This document shows positions 26,552-37,275 of a DNA stretch of 64,000 nt, piece after piece. The position numbers were made by a program, and so were the translations under genes. Numbering within the stretch: the first letter of the stretch is position 1; every line of letters begins with the position of its first letter. Location of the stretch: the IMG/VR virus record IMGVR_UViG_2872147552_000001; one strand, given 5' to 3'. The notes under the pieces were generated by a model. It did not search any database and was not told the origin of the DNA. It was given only the letters and a program-made list of their open reading frames with translations. The stretch comes from a virus. Lineage: Duplodnaviria > Heunggongvirae > Uroviricota > Caudoviricetes.

Positions 26552-27361
26552 TCATCCAATAGTGTACTCCGCGACAAACTTCTTAACGATCGGTGATTCT
26601 TCGTTCAATGTTAGATTTCCACCGTCTCTAACAGCAATTCCTGTAGCTGGAAATACAGCCATCATTTGCCCAGCCTGAGTTGACGCAGTGTTAAGCGGAT
26701 ACGGTTTTTCTGGATTGCTCATTAAAGCAATCTTAATACTATTACTTGTAGCCTTCTTTTCTGTGAGAAGGTGTCTCATGGAAATTACCGTGTAAACACT
26801 AATATCTGGACCTCCGCTAAACCAATTAAGAAGGTTTAATATCTTATCCTTTGCTTTGACAGGCGCGTTTTCGTAAGCGTCTAAGAAAATATCTTTTTCT
26901 AAGCCTGCTTTATTGAAAAACAAATCATCTTTATCACTTAAAGTAAAACGAGGACCTCTTGCAGTACGAGCTTTTTTATTTGTATTGCTATCATTTGACT
27001 GTTGAACTTTTAATTCATCATTAACCTCAACACACTCTTCAACCTCAATAAACCCCAATTGTTCTGGCTCGTTTTCGGCAGATTCAACACTTTCAGCCTT
27101 AATTACGTTTATAGGCTCATGAGCTAACTCCAACTCATTTAAAGCGGAGCTGAAATCACCTGCTTTTCCTTCATTGAACAGTTCTTCGGCAACATCATCA
27201 GAACTCATGGCTACGCCAGCATCGAGGCCGAGAAGCAGATCGTCAATATCATCAGTATTTTCAACCTGTGCAGCTTTTTTTACTGGTTCATCAAGTGATT
27301 GCAACATGGCTGTCAGCTCATCCAGATCATCATTTGTCATTACATTTTCAACCGAACTCAT
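26552..27361 (-). CDS. acidic hypothetical protein (269 aa)
   Basis: Highly acidic N-terminal half. Confidence 0.5.
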   Translation of the reverse strand: MSSVENVMTNDDLDELTAMLQSLDEPVKKAAQVENTDDIDDLLLGLDAGVAMSSDDVAEELFNEGKAGDFSSALNELELAHEPINVIKAESVESAENEPEQLGFIEVEECVEVNDELKVQQSNDSNTNKKARTARGPRFTLSDKDDLFFNKAGLEKDIFLDAYENAPVKAKDKILNLLNWFSGGPDISVYTVISMRHLLTEKKATSNSIKIALMSNPEKPYPLNTASTQAGQMMAVFPATGIAVRDGGNLTLNEESPIVKKFVAEYTIG

Positions 27362-27482
27362 GTAAGTCTCCTTCTGTTTGGTTACATTTGCGTTTCGATG
27401 GCTACATTTTGACTAAACCTATCAGGCGGAAAAGTATTAAATACAGGCAGGAAATGATTGAAAGGCGACTGTTCTTTAAAAG

Positions 27483-27515
27483 AAAGCCTACTTTAAACTT
27501 TTTAAAGTAGGCTTT
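27483..27515 (-). terminator. rho-independent terminator
   Basis: aaagcctactttaaactttttaaagtaggcttt with T-runs on both sides. Confidence 0.55.
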
Positions 27516-27519
27516 TGTT

Positions 27520-28077
27520 TTACACAATTTCAGAGGGTAATTTAAAAAATCCGTACTTATTACGTGCCTTAAAGAAGCATTGCATCATTAAGTTTGTGTC
27601 ATATAAGGCACTATGTGCTTTGGCATGATCGTATATAAAGCCAAGAGAGAAGGCCAACTCTTCAAGGCGGGGACGTTTACCGTCTTCTGTGGCCCACAAT
27701 CCCGATAACATAGTATCTATAACAGGAACTTCTGGCAGTCTTACTCCATACCCTGAAAACTCGTGTCGAATAAATGGTATATCAAATGCTTCGCCGTTAT
27801 GAGCAACCCACACACTACATGCCCCCATATAAGCGCCAATTTCGCTGGCATGATTTGACAACAAAGGTTCAGCTGCGAGCTGTTCCAATGAAATGCCATG
27901 AACGGCTTGAGCTTTCGGATCTATGTTTCTGCGAGGGTTAAAACGCATCTCCAGACTATCAATATGTCTCTGTGTCTCCAGTTCATAGCGGGTAATTGCG
28001 ATTTCAATAATTTTATGACCAGCAAGGAAATCCAGTCCCGTAGACTCGATATCGATGCCTGCAACAATCGTTGTCAT
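27520..28077 (-). CDS. DnaQ-like 3'-5' exonuclease (DEDDh)
   Basis: Exo I GIDIESTG, Exo II HNGEAFD, Exo III YDHAKAHSALYD. Confidence 0.75.
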   Translation of the reverse strand: MTTIVAGIDIESTGLDFLAGHKIIEIAITRYELETQRHIDSLEMRFNPRRNIDPKAQAVHGISLEQLAAEPLLSNHASEIGAYMGACSVWVAHNGEAFDIPFIRHEFSGYGVRLPEVPVIDTMLSGLWATEDGKRPRLEELAFSLGFIYDHAKAHSALYDTNLMMQCFFKARNKYGFFKLPSEIV

Positions 28078-28086
28078 CAGAACTCC

Positions 28087-28506
28087 TTACAACTTCTTAG
28101 CGCCCTTAAGTAGTGCGCTACGTACAAATTGAGCCGCTTTTTTCAAAGTTTCTTCACTGGTTTCACAGACAATCGGATCTTTCCACTTACCTGACACAGT
28201 GTTGAGAATATTGATTTGGTTGCTATCCAGACAAACAGAGATATAAAGCACCGTGCCACCAGCCAGCATCAAATGCATAGGAAACAGAGGCTTTTTACTG
28301 CCTTCACTGAACTGAGACATGGCGATGTTAATGGCTTCACCCACTTGTGTACCAACAAGCCCCTGCGCAGTTTCGAATATGGCACGAATAGCCAGACGAG
28401 CCTCTCGATCGCTCATAAGCGACCGGGAATGTTCGTCCGCTACACGAATCAAAGCCTCTGTTGTTTTCCGATCCAGTTCATCTTCAAGCAACATTTCACT
28501 AAACAT
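28087..28506 (-). CDS. hypothetical protein (139 aa)
   Basis: ORF in operon. Confidence 0.45.
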   Translation of the reverse strand: MFSEMLLEDELDRKTTEALIRVADEHSRSLMSDREARLAIRAIFETAQGLVGTQVGEAINIAMSQFSEGSKKPLFPMHLMLAGGTVLYISVCLDSNQINILNTVSGKWKDPIVCETSEETLKKAAQFVRSALLKGAKKL

Positions 28507-28567
28507 TTTTTATCCTTAACCCATTTTGAGAGTTTTATTGTCGCAATGTCGAAGAGGCGAACAATTT

Positions 28568-29212
28568 CTAATGAACGGTCACTCGGCCACAGAACCGGTT
28601 TTCTATCTTTTCTACAGCGTTATCTAGCATTCTCATCACTGATCTGGCTCTTGCTTCAACCGTGCGATATCGGTTGGAAACGACGAAGGTTTGCAGATCC
28701 CCCCTTTGCGGATGCAGGTGAATTTTTGTCAGTTCCCCGCACATCAACGCATCAATACGAGCGACATACAGACGGTCTAATGATGCTCGTTGTGATCGCA
28801 AGTAATCTCGCTCTGAGAGAGCGACTCCCGGGCGTAGGCCAGCAATGGCGTTAAAGTTTGAAATAGCAGTTTTGTGGCAAAACTTTTCGATATCGAGGGC
28901 TAACTCAATACACCGATCTTCATTTGTATGGCCGACCAAATCCAACGTGTAGGCCATAACATCAGCAGGTGTGCGATCGATAACAAAGCCTTCAACACCA
29001 CGTGTAAGTAGCTCTATATGCTTTGCTATTTCCATTTGAATCTGAAGCCGCTCATATAGAGGCATAGACTCACCTACTCGAACACCGAGGCGGCTCATCA
29101 AACTTCCGACACCAGCATCCACGTAAGGGATTCCGTAATGTTTGTCGATATATTTAGCCAGGGTTGTTTTCCCACTGCCCTGAGCACCAGTGATCCCAAT
29201 CCGGTAATCCAT
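28568..29212 (-). CDS. P-loop NTPase, putative (deoxy)nucleotide kinase
   Basis: Walker A GITGAQGSGKTT at N-terminus; sits with folA and thyA. Confidence 0.45.
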   Translation of the reverse strand: MDYRIGITGAQGSGKTTLAKYIDKHYGIPYVDAGVGSLMSRLGVRVGESMPLYERLQIQMEIAKHIELLTRGVEGFVIDRTPADVMAYTLDLVGHTNEDRCIELALDIEKFCHKTAISNFNAIAGLRPGVALSERDYLRSQRASLDRLYVARIDALMCGELTKIHLHPQRGDLQTFVVSNRYRTVEARARSVMRMLDNAVEKIENRFCGRVTVH

Positions 29213-29688
29213 TACGACCTTCTGTATACGATCTGCGAAAAGCCAGGCTCTTCCTCGCTGGCTCGTTGGGTAAAAACTGTTTCAACAGGCACAAAGCCTA
29301 AATTACGCATCATGCTTGCCGGGAAGAATGCATCGGCGTTTGGCACATCAACGCCGATGTGGGAGAGCCAAATCTCTTCAACATGCGGCATGAATAGCGA
29401 GTAAATTTGTTCCCCGCCAATCACCCACACAGGCTCTGGTAATCGCAACACATCATCCACACCAGCAGGGTAGAATCCATTTGGTACAAAGCCATGAGAG
29501 CGCGTCAAAACGAGGTTATGACGCTCTGGAAGAGGGCGTTTGAGACTTTCCATCGTTTTACGCCCCATAACGACAGTGGCGTTTTTGGTGAGTCTCTTAA
29601 ATAGCTTCAGATCGGTAGAACAACGCCAGGGGAGTTCATTCGCTATGCCGATCTCATAGTTACGGCCAACAGCAGCGATCATCTTCAT
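29212..29688 (-). CDS. folA: dihydrofolate reductase
   Basis: MIAAVGRN..IG..LPW, VVMGRKT, VIGG motifs; 158 aa. Confidence 0.8.
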   Translation of the reverse strand: MKMIAAVGRNYEIGIANELPWRCSTDLKLFKRLTKNATVVMGRKTMESLKRPLPERHNLVLTRSHGFVPNGFYPAGVDDVLRLPEPVWVIGGEQIYSLFMPHVEEIWLSHIGVDVPNADAFFPASMMRNLGFVPVETVFTQRASEEEPGFSQIVYRRS

Positions 29689-30098
29689 TTGCTCACCTCA
29701 TAGATGACCGGTCGATGGTGAGAGTCGGCTAAAGCGGCACGGAGTCGAGGATCGTGCACCAGCGCAGCGATAAGCAGATCGCCTTTATGCTCCGCTAATG
29801 TGCGCTTAATATGCTTCTCATAACTGGTGCCATTCGGTACGAGATGAAGCCAGTCATAATCAACGCCAAAATCTTTCAGCCATCGTTTAGTTGGCGCTTC
29901 AAGAGTTTCAGAGCGGCTACTGATAAGCACCACTTCAGCCCCTGAGCGAGCAAAACCACGCAACATACGGCTGGTGGGGAAAATGAGTTCATCACCGGCA
30001 ATGAGCTGGCCTGCATCCGCGTCAGATACTGATTTACGATGGCTGGCATTTGCCAGCACACCTTCAATTTCGCATAAGACATACATACCTCTTGCCAT
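29685..30098 (-). CDS. hypothetical protein, possible HAD-like hydrolase
   Basis: ATG 1 nt after thyA stop; weak HAD-like pattern. Confidence 0.35.
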   Translation of the reverse strand: MARGMYVLCEIEGVLANASHRKSVSDADAGQLIAGDELIFPTSRMLRGFARSGAEVVLISSRSETLEAPTKRWLKDFGVDYDWLHLVPNGTSYEKHIKRTLAEHKGDLLIAALVHDPRLRAALADSHHRPVIYEVSK

Positions 30099-30099
30099 A

Positions 30100-31203
30100 T
30101 CACACCGCCACTGGAACCTTGATCCACGGAAGAGTGCTGTAGCCGCACACCTGCACACCTTCCCATTTGAAGTCGTCCAGTTCGGCCCATTCATGCGGGA
30201 AGATGACAACCGGGTCGGACTCTTTGGGCGGCTCGCGCTTCATCAGTTCCTCAACGCCTTCCATGTGGTTGTTGTACAAATGCACGTCAAAGCCAAAATG
30301 CACGAATGCGCCAGCCATGTGGCCGGTGATCTTCGCGAGGAAGTGGGTGAGAATGCCGTAACCGGCGATGTTGAACGGCATACCAACAAAGGTATCGACA
30401 CTGCGTTGAACCAGGCATGAGTTCAGAATGCGTTTCGGGATGCCCAGCTCGTCCAGCATGTTCTCAGTAATGCCGCCATCTCTTTCCAGAAGACACAGCA
30501 TCTGGGTGTAAATGGACTCGTGGCCGTGGCGGTTGTGCTGTATACCAATGTCAGTTGCCATCGTTAAACGGGTTTCAAAATCCAGCTCACGACTCCACAA
30601 AGAGAAGACAAAGTGGCAAGGTGGCAGTTTCATATCCTCAAGCTCGCCTACGTTCCATGCGTTAAGCATGATGCGACGATCGGTAGGGTTCGTGCGCAGT
30701 GTATCGACAATACGCTGTAGCTGATCGATTTCACGGGACAGCACTACGCGATCTTCACTGATACCCAGGTATCCCTCGACTCTGTACCCGCGTTCACGGA
30801 AAGTAGCGATCTTGCTCAGATATTCACTATGGCTCACGATGCGGGTATCTTCCCATCGACGCCACTGCTTACCGTAAACCGGCCCCAAATCGCCATTCTC
30901 ATCGGCCCATGCATCCCAAATCTTAACGCCGTTATCCTTGAGAAATTGGATGTTGCCCGTGCCTTTCAGATACCACTCAAGTTCGACAAGCAGTGGCTTA
31001 AGATTTACCGCCTTTCCAGAAATAAGCGGCACAGTCCCACCAGTAAGCATGTAATAAGAGGGAACGTAGCAGGTGCTTAAAGTACCAGTGCCTGTGCGAT
31101 CATCAGCCTGCACGCCGCTTTTAAGCACCGTCTCAATAACTTTTGCATACGATGCGTTTGTTACCTGACCGTTCGTATGCTCTCGATTCAAAAGGAGTGA
31201 CAC
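30100..31203 (-). CDS. thyA: thymidylate synthase with about 50-aa internal insertion
   Basis: DRTGTGT, LPPCH, PFNIAGY, HLY, IKVPVAV motifs; GTG start with GAGG RBS; extra segment between PPCH and the SCxxxxRS region. Confidence 0.85.
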   Translation of the reverse strand: MSLLLNREHTNGQVTNASYAKVIETVLKSGVQADDRTGTGTLSTCYVPSYYMLTGGTVPLISGKAVNLKPLLVELEWYLKGTGNIQFLKDNGVKIWDAWADENGDLGPVYGKQWRRWEDTRIVSHSEYLSKIATFRERGYRVEGYLGISEDRVVLSREIDQLQRIVDTLRTNPTDRRIMLNAWNVGELEDMKLPPCHFVFSLWSRELDFETRLTMATDIGIQHNRHGHESIYTQMLCLLERDGGITENMLDELGIPKRILNSCLVQRSVDTFVGMPFNIAGYGILTHFLAKITGHMAGAFVHFGFDVHLYNNHMEGVEELMKREPPKESDPVVIFPHEWAELDDFKWEGVQVCGYSTLPWIKVPVAV

Positions 31204-31217
31204 AAAAACCTCACAAA

Positions 31218-31235
31218 GATAAGTAATTACTTATT
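31218..31235 (-). promoter_or_regulatory. class B palindrome
   Basis: gATAAGTAATTACTTATt, perfect dyad about 15 nt upstream of the thyA start. Confidence 0.5.
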
Positions 31236-31373
31236 CATCATGTGAGTTTACATTCATTGAGAGAACAAGACCAGACAGATAAAAAAATGGTGGCCATAGG
31301 CCACCAAAACGAATAGTCATTCCAGAGTTTTATTACGCATGTTAAATATACATAGATAGATAACTACCTACAA

Positions 31374-32243
31374 TTATTTTTTGATCATTCCGTACATTGC
31401 TGAGGCTTTAGCTTGCTCAACAAAGGAGGATAAATCGACATCACTATAGGTTGGAGACTTCAGAATCTTTCCATCGGAAATTCGAAAACCGATCATCTTA
31501 TCGGTGCCATCAGCATGGCGGAATCCCAGATCTGAAGAGTCGTATTTGCAGTTGGCCACAGCCTGGCGACGTTCCTCAACATCAGCAGGCCATAATTTTG
31601 TCATGTTAGACCGATGAATTTCGCCAACCAGCTCGACGACATTGATACCGAGGAAATCAGCCAGTCGATAAGTCATCATGCACGCCACATAGATTTTGTT
31701 CATTACACGGCGCAGTTCCTGAATCAGCTCAGAATCCTTAACAGCCTTCTTCTCAAGTTTATCTGCCAGCTCTTCGAGCATACATGACGCCTCACGAGCT
31801 TCCTGAAATGGCATTGCCATATCATCGAAAACAGTGTTACCAGGCACAAAAATTGTCTGCATAAAGCGATCAATGCTCTGTTCCTGCGTGTAATAGGTCA
31901 TGCCGGTAGAAATACCACCTTTGATGGCGACCATCGTACCAACACCAACGTATAAAAAGTCGGCCATTGCATCCAGCAGTTGCTCAATATCCCCATTCAT
32001 TGCAGCTGGAATACCTTCCACTACAGCTTCTTCATGAATCAGGCTTGCACGGAGACGAAGCAGCTCTGGTGTCGGCATAACGCGTCTCGGATGCTGGAAG
32101 AGTTCATGAAACTGATCGACCATCTTGTAAATACTTTCAGTGGCTACACCATGGCCTTCATGCAACTCATATGGTTCTGGCTTAAATCCAATGAGTCGAT
32201 CGGTGGCAAGTTTCAGGTGGTCAGTCAGTTTGGTAAAGTTCAT
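31374..32243 (-). CDS. hypothetical protein, possible all-alpha NTP pyrophosphohydrolase (MazG/dimeric dUTPase-like)
   Basis: HEEAVVEGIPAAMNGD acidic EExxE-like patch; weak assignment. Confidence 0.3.
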   Translation of the reverse strand: MNFTKLTDHLKLATDRLIGFKPEPYELHEGHGVATESIYKMVDQFHELFQHPRRVMPTPELLRLRASLIHEEAVVEGIPAAMNGDIEQLLDAMADFLYVGVGTMVAIKGGISTGMTYYTQEQSIDRFMQTIFVPGNTVFDDMAMPFQEAREASCMLEELADKLEKKAVKDSELIQELRRVMNKIYVACMMTYRLADFLGINVVELVGEIHRSNMTKLWPADVEERRQAVANCKYDSSDLGFRHADGTDKMIGFRISDGKILKSPTYSDVDLSSFVEQAKASAMYGMIKK

Positions 32244-32320
32244 GCTAGTTTTGTTCCTTCTTAATTCTTGTGATCCATTGTGGCCCAGCGTTGCCAGGCC
32301 ACATAATGCTTTGTATCGGT

Positions 32321-33463
32321 TTACAGGTCTGCAAACTGGCTTAGAGAAGCCTTATCCACGGTAGAATCGATCTGACCTACCAGATATGTGCTTTGCTCTG
32401 CCTCTTGTGGTGCAATTTGCAGTGTGTCGGTTAACAACCACTTGTTCATCCAGACCAGCGGATCGGTGGTAACCTCTGGAAATAAAGCCTTCAGGCCAAG
32501 ACGATTCATAGCCAGATTGGTGCGGTATTTTACATAGGTTTTGAGAATATCCGCGTTTAAACCAATCATCGAACCGTCTTTGAAGAGATAGTCTGCCCAG
32601 TTCATTTCTTGTTCGGCGACTGATTTCATGGTGTCGTAAATGACGTTTTCTTCATCAGCAGCAATCTCTTTCCACAATAAACCTTCGCGACCGGTACGCA
32701 TGAAGCGGATCATGCGTTCAGTTCCTTCGCAATGCAGAGCTTCATCACGGGCAATAAAGCGCATAATTTTGGTGTTACCCTCAAGCAACTTCCGTTCGCC
32801 AAAGGCAAACGTACATGCAAAACTTACATAGAAACGGATCGCCTCAAGCGCATTAATGGACACCAACGTGCGGAAAAGCTGACGGTGCAAAGGGTATGGC
32901 TCCCAGCCATATTCATTTACGTACAGACGTTCAAACTCTTTCTCACCTAACGACTGGCGCTCGCAGGTCATCCCATAAAGCCTGTCATATTCAGCAGAGA
33001 TACTGATCGCTCGGTTGATGATTTCTTCATCCGTAACAATACCGTCAAAAACAATACTCGGATCGTCCACCATGCCACGAATAATGTGGGTGTAGCTGCG
33101 GCTATGGATAGTCTCAGAGAAAGACCACGTTTCAACCCACGTTTCCAGTTCAGGAATAGAGATAAGCGGCAGCAGAGTTGCGTTTGGGCTACGTCCCTGA
33201 ACTGAATCGAGCAACGTTTGATAACGGAGATTACTCAGGAAAATGTGGCGTTCGTGGTCCCGCAGCTTCGTATTGAAGTCGATGCGATCGCTCGAAATAT
33301 CAACTTCTTCCGGCCGCCAGAAGAAAGACAATTGACGTTCAATCAACTTTTCAAAATCACGGTATTTTTGTTGATCGTAACGTGCCACGTTGACAGATTG
33401 TCCGAGGAACATAGGCTCTTTGGTTGCATCATTAGCACCCAAACGGAACGTTGAATATGACAT
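32321..33463 (-). CDS. nrdB: ribonucleotide reductase class Ia beta subunit
   Basis: About 75% identical by eye to E. coli NrdB, including iron ligand motifs. Confidence 0.9.
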   Translation of the reverse strand: MSYSTFRLGANDATKEPMFLGQSVNVARYDQQKYRDFEKLIERQLSFFWRPEEVDISSDRIDFNTKLRDHERHIFLSNLRYQTLLDSVQGRSPNATLLPLISIPELETWVETWSFSETIHSRSYTHIIRGMVDDPSIVFDGIVTDEEIINRAISISAEYDRLYGMTCERQSLGEKEFERLYVNEYGWEPYPLHRQLFRTLVSINALEAIRFYVSFACTFAFGERKLLEGNTKIMRFIARDEALHCEGTERMIRFMRTGREGLLWKEIAADEENVIYDTMKSVAEQEMNWADYLFKDGSMIGLNADILKTYVKYRTNLAMNRLGLKALFPEVTTDPLVWMNKWLLTDTLQIAPQEAEQSTYLVGQIDSTVDKASLSQFADL

Positions 33464-33488
33464 GTGTTTTTCCTTTTTTGATGTGTTT

Positions 33489-33500
33489 AAACAAGTTGTT
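33489..33500 (-). promoter_or_regulatory. class A palindromic leader motif
   Basis: aaacaagttgtt about 25 nt upstream of the nrdB ATG. Confidence 0.4.
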
Positions 33501-33563
33501 ATCTTATGTGTTTAAACAAGGCTTACAAATCAAAGATAAGGTGGGGATATACCCCACCATATG

Positions 33564-35879
33564 TCAGATTTTGCAGGCTCCGTCGCACTCATCTTCTGGC
33601 TCGACGGCTACAGCTTGCGTCAGTGGATTCTGCGCTTCGTCGTCATCACGCTTTCCTGCCCCATCTCTGGTGTTGTGGTAGTAAAGCGTTTTAACTCCCA
33701 TCTTGTAGGCGAGAAGCAAATCTGACAGTAGCGTCATCATTGGGACTTTATCGCCTTCAAAGCGAGAAGGGTCATAGTTGGTATTGGCTGAAATAGCCTG
33801 GTCAAAGAACTTCTGGATGATCGCCACCTTTGTCAGATAGCCGCGGTTGTCCGGCATATCCCACAGGTATTCATACTGTTCCTTCAGTTTTTCAAACTCA
33901 GGCACGACCATCTTAACGATGCCGTCCTTAGAAGATTTCACCGACACCGGTCCACGAGGCGGTTCGATGCCGTTGGTGGAATTAGTGATCTGGCTGGAAG
34001 TCTCGCATGGCATTTGTGCCGTCAGTGTGGAGTTGCGAAGGCCGTATTTTGCAATACGTTCACGCAGTTCTTCCCACGGCATCTTTAACTCAAAGTTGGT
34101 TTCGCCGCTTTCGTCTAATGAAGAACGGTAATGGTCGATCGGCAACTGACCAATTGCGTACTTGGTCTGCTCAAACCAGTCACACTCACCTTTTGCTTCA
34201 GCAAGTCGGCAGCTGGCATCAAGAAGGTAATACTGGATAGCTTCGAACGTTTCATGCACCAGTTTATTGCCAGCGGTATCAGAATAACGAACGCCATTCT
34301 TTGCCAGGTAATAAGCAAAGTTGGTTACACCAATTCCCAAGCTACGACGAGCTTTGGCAGGCACTTCGGCTGCCTCCATCGGATAGTCTTGATAATCCAG
34401 TAACGAATCCAGTGCAGCAACGGCATAGAACGCCACCTCTTTAAGAGACTCCAGTGAACGGATGGCTCCGAGGTTAAAAGCGGATAAAGTGCATAGCGCG
34501 ATCTCACCGTTCGGGTCGTCGGTAAATGCCAGTGGACGAGTGGGTAGAGTGATCTCCATGCACAGGTTTGACTGGCGGACAGGTGCAAGAGCAGGAATGA
34601 AAGCGCCATGCTCATTAATATGATCGACGTTCGCAATATAAATTCGGCCCGTGGACGCTCGTTCCTGCATCAGAGATGAGAACAGCTCAATGGCAGGTAC
34701 TGACTTCTTGCGAATTGAATCATCGGCTTCGTATTTATGGTACAGCTTTTCAAACAGATCCTGGTCTGTGAAGAAGGCTTCGTACATATCAGGCACATCA
34801 TGCGGGCTGAACAGAGTGATGTTCTCGCTTCTGACGAGTCGACGGTACATTAGACGGTTACTCATGACGCCGTAATCAAGATGGCGAACGCGGTTTTCAT
34901 CAATACCACGGTTATTTTTCACCACCAGCAGACTTTCAACTTCAAGATGCCAGATCGGGTAAAACGCTGTTGCTGCGCCACCACGAACACCACCTTGCGA
35001 ACAAGATTTAACAGCCGTCTGGAAATGCTTCAGGAATGGAATAACTCCGGTATGGGTGGCTTCACCATTGCGGATCTCGCTGCCCAGCGCACGGATACGG
35101 CCAAAACCAATACCAATTCCAGCACGACGTGAAACGTAGTCGATAATTGCGGCTGAAGCTGCACTAATCCCTTTCAGACTATCGCCAGACTCAATCAGCA
35201 CACAACTGGAGAACTGACGGGTTGGAGTACGGACGCCAGCCATGATTGGTGTGGGCAGAGACAGTTTGAACGTACTTGTAACGTCATAGAAACCTTTGAC
35301 CATCTCCATACGTGTTTTGCCCGCGCAGTCGTCTTCCCAATTCTGGAACAGACACATGCCCACCAGCATATAGATATGTTGCGGGCCTTCGTGAATCTCA
35401 CCAGTAACACGGTTTTGAACGAGGTATTTGCTTTGCAACTGCACCGTAGCTGCATAGCCAAAAAGATCGTCACGTTTAGGCTTAATGTAATTGCCGAGTT
35501 CTTCGATCTCTTCAAATGAATAATGTGTCAGCAAATCCTTGTCATAAACGCCCTTGTTAACGTTCTTGACAATGTGTTGGTAGAAGTTCGGATAGTCGTA
35601 ACGACCGAAGGCATCTTTGCGGATTTTAAAAATGTTCAGGCGGGCAGCCACCTGCGAGTAATTTGGTGCATCTGGTGAGATCAAATCAGCGGCAGATTTA
35701 ACCAAAGCCTCATGCAACTGGCTGGTGGTAATCCCATCAAAAATGCTGGCCGCAGCTCCCATTGCTACAGCGGATGCGCTTACGCCACGAATGCCTTCTA
35801 CGCCATACATTACGACGCGGTTGTATTTTTCTTCGGATAACGGCTCTGTTTGGCCGTTACGTTTTACGATGCTTATCAT
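33564..35879 (-). CDS. nrdA: ribonucleotide reductase class Ia alpha subunit
   Basis: ATP-cone N-terminus, catalytic NLC.E and C-terminal CxxC tail; closely resembles E. coli NrdA. Confidence 0.9.
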   Translation of the reverse strand: MISIVKRNGQTEPLSEEKYNRVVMYGVEGIRGVSASAVAMGAAASIFDGITTSQLHEALVKSAADLISPDAPNYSQVAARLNIFKIRKDAFGRYDYPNFYQHIVKNVNKGVYDKDLLTHYSFEEIEELGNYIKPKRDDLFGYAATVQLQSKYLVQNRVTGEIHEGPQHIYMLVGMCLFQNWEDDCAGKTRMEMVKGFYDVTSTFKLSLPTPIMAGVRTPTRQFSSCVLIESGDSLKGISAASAAIIDYVSRRAGIGIGFGRIRALGSEIRNGEATHTGVIPFLKHFQTAVKSCSQGGVRGGAATAFYPIWHLEVESLLVVKNNRGIDENRVRHLDYGVMSNRLMYRRLVRSENITLFSPHDVPDMYEAFFTDQDLFEKLYHKYEADDSIRKKSVPAIELFSSLMQERASTGRIYIANVDHINEHGAFIPALAPVRQSNLCMEITLPTRPLAFTDDPNGEIALCTLSAFNLGAIRSLESLKEVAFYAVAALDSLLDYQDYPMEAAEVPAKARRSLGIGVTNFAYYLAKNGVRYSDTAGNKLVHETFEAIQYYLLDASCRLAEAKGECDWFEQTKYAIGQLPIDHYRSSLDESGETNFELKMPWEELRERIAKYGLRNSTLTAQMPCETSSQITNSTNGIEPPRGPVSVKSSKDGIVKMVVPEFEKLKEQYEYLWDMPDNRGYLTKVAIIQKFFDQAISANTNYDPSRFEGDKVPMMTLLSDLLLAYKMGVKTLYYHNTRDGAGKRDDDEAQNPLTQAVAVEPEDECDGACKI

Positions 35880-35925
35880 GTATCACCAAATAAAGAGGGC
35901 CACTATATTTAGTGGCCCATGTTAA

Positions 35926-35946
35926 TAGATAAGCACTTACCTATCA
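35926..35946 (-). promoter_or_regulatory. class B palindrome
   Basis: atagataagcacttacctatc; hairpin gggccactatatttagtggccc at 35898-35919 lies between it and the ATG. Confidence 0.45.
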
Positions 35947-35952
35947 ATGAGA

Positions 35953-36522
35953 TCAAATGAGAGACTTGAGAACATCGCGCACCTGGCGAAACTGATCTGT
36001 TTGCATACCGGTATGGATGGCAGCCACCGCATCAGCCAAATGTTCGTTTTTGTTCACGAGAACATCCTGTCCAGATTGCTTACGACGCAGCCACGGTGCT
36101 TTAGGGTGTTTTTTCGTAGCCCACTGGATAATCTCTTCTTTCGATGTAGTAAGTTTATTGCCGACAAAATGTTTAATTTCGTTTGGAGTAACCTGGATCA
36201 ATGGCTTATCTACGCACGCAAGTACACCGATGCAAATACCGTAAGACGTCTGCGAACGAGAGTTTTGGCTCCCAACCGGTAGCTCACAAAAAACCATATT
36301 TGCCTTATCAATGATTGGCTTCGCAACACGCCATATTTCACTGGCACGGCGCAGATCGTCACTGTTCACACGAACGGTCTTTTTGTTACTCCCCGCTTTA
36401 GTCTCAACAAGAGTAAGGCCGTGAATCTCAAGTTCGTCCGTTTCAAGGTCTAAAGTGCCCACAGCAAGCCCAAAGTTGCTCATAGAGGGATCAACACCAA
36501 CTACGCTGATTTTTTTACTCAT
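35953..36522 (-). CDS. RuvC-like Holliday junction resolvase
   Basis: VVGVDPSMSNFGLAV, CELPVG and EHLADAVAAIH acidic-residue pattern. Confidence 0.55.
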   Translation of the reverse strand: MSKKISVVGVDPSMSNFGLAVGTLDLETDELEIHGLTLVETKAGSNKKTVRVNSDDLRRASEIWRVAKPIIDKANMVFCELPVGSQNSRSQTSYGICIGVLACVDKPLIQVTPNEIKHFVGNKLTTSKEEIIQWATKKHPKAPWLRRKQSGQDVLVNKNEHLADAVAAIHTGMQTDQFRQVRDVLKSLI

Positions 36523-36531
36523 ATAGTCTCC

Positions 36532-37275
36532 TTACCATGTTCCCCATATAGGGTTTTCCAATAATCTCGCCTCCAACGAATTGGCTACTATTGCCGTTTG
36601 CAACGTTGGTTGGGGATAGTTTGCAAAGTCTGAATACTCATTTTCCTGCGTGACACGTTTATCTGCGGCATGTTTAACACCACTTGCTATGAAATGACGC
36701 ATGATGCCCAATAGCCTCCGACTGTCTGCACTATCGTTTGCTAAAACATGAGGGAGCTGAAGTTCGATTTCTACCATTTCTCCATACTTACCAACAAACT
36801 GTAGTTTGTCCGCACTGTACTTTTTATCCCTCCTTTGGATAAGGAAACCAGTAAAAGCATCACCTGGCGATGCCAAACTATCCACCCGCTTATTGGCAAG
36901 TCGAATAAGGTTCGTGAAAGCCATACAGTGATGCGCACCCATTCCCCCAAAGAACCCTTCGCTATTAATGTTAAGATCTTCAGTTTCATGGGATGCAATA
37001 AACCCAGGCCCGACGTTGGGAAGATATCCCCCCTCAACAAAAGGATTAATCAGGATCGGCGCAATACATCCAGGTGGTAGTGATTTCAAACTTTGCATCA
37101 ATGGCGTCTCGGATATTAGACCAAGCAACGCGGCGAATTGTACTCCGTCAATATTGTTGCTGCCCCACAGAATACGTGGAGCCGCACCATTGGAGGTATG
37201 CCCATTGATCAGTTTTATCGACTGCATCACTGCAAATACCTGCAAAAACTGTGAGCGGCTTAATTTAAACGACAT
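36532..37275 (-). CDS. hypothetical protein (247 aa)
   Basis: ORF between resolvase and SbcC-like gene. Confidence 0.45.
   Translation of the reverse strand: MSFKLSRSQFLQVFAVMQSIKLINGHTSNGAAPRILWGSNNIDGVQFAALLGLISETPLMQSLKSLPPGCIAPILINPFVEGGYLPNVGPGFIASHETEDLNINSEGFFGGMGAHHCMAFTNLIRLANKRVDSLASPGDAFTGFLIQRRDKKYSADKLQFVGKYGEMVEIELQLPHVLANDSADSRRLLGIMRHFIASGVKHAADKRVTQENEYSDFANYPQPTLQTAIVANSLEARLLENPIWGTW

Noticed and set aside
30100-35879. Group I introns in thyA, nrdA or nrdB as in T4
   Set aside because: All three ORFs are uninterrupted at DNA level; the extra ThyA segment is in frame and protein-coding
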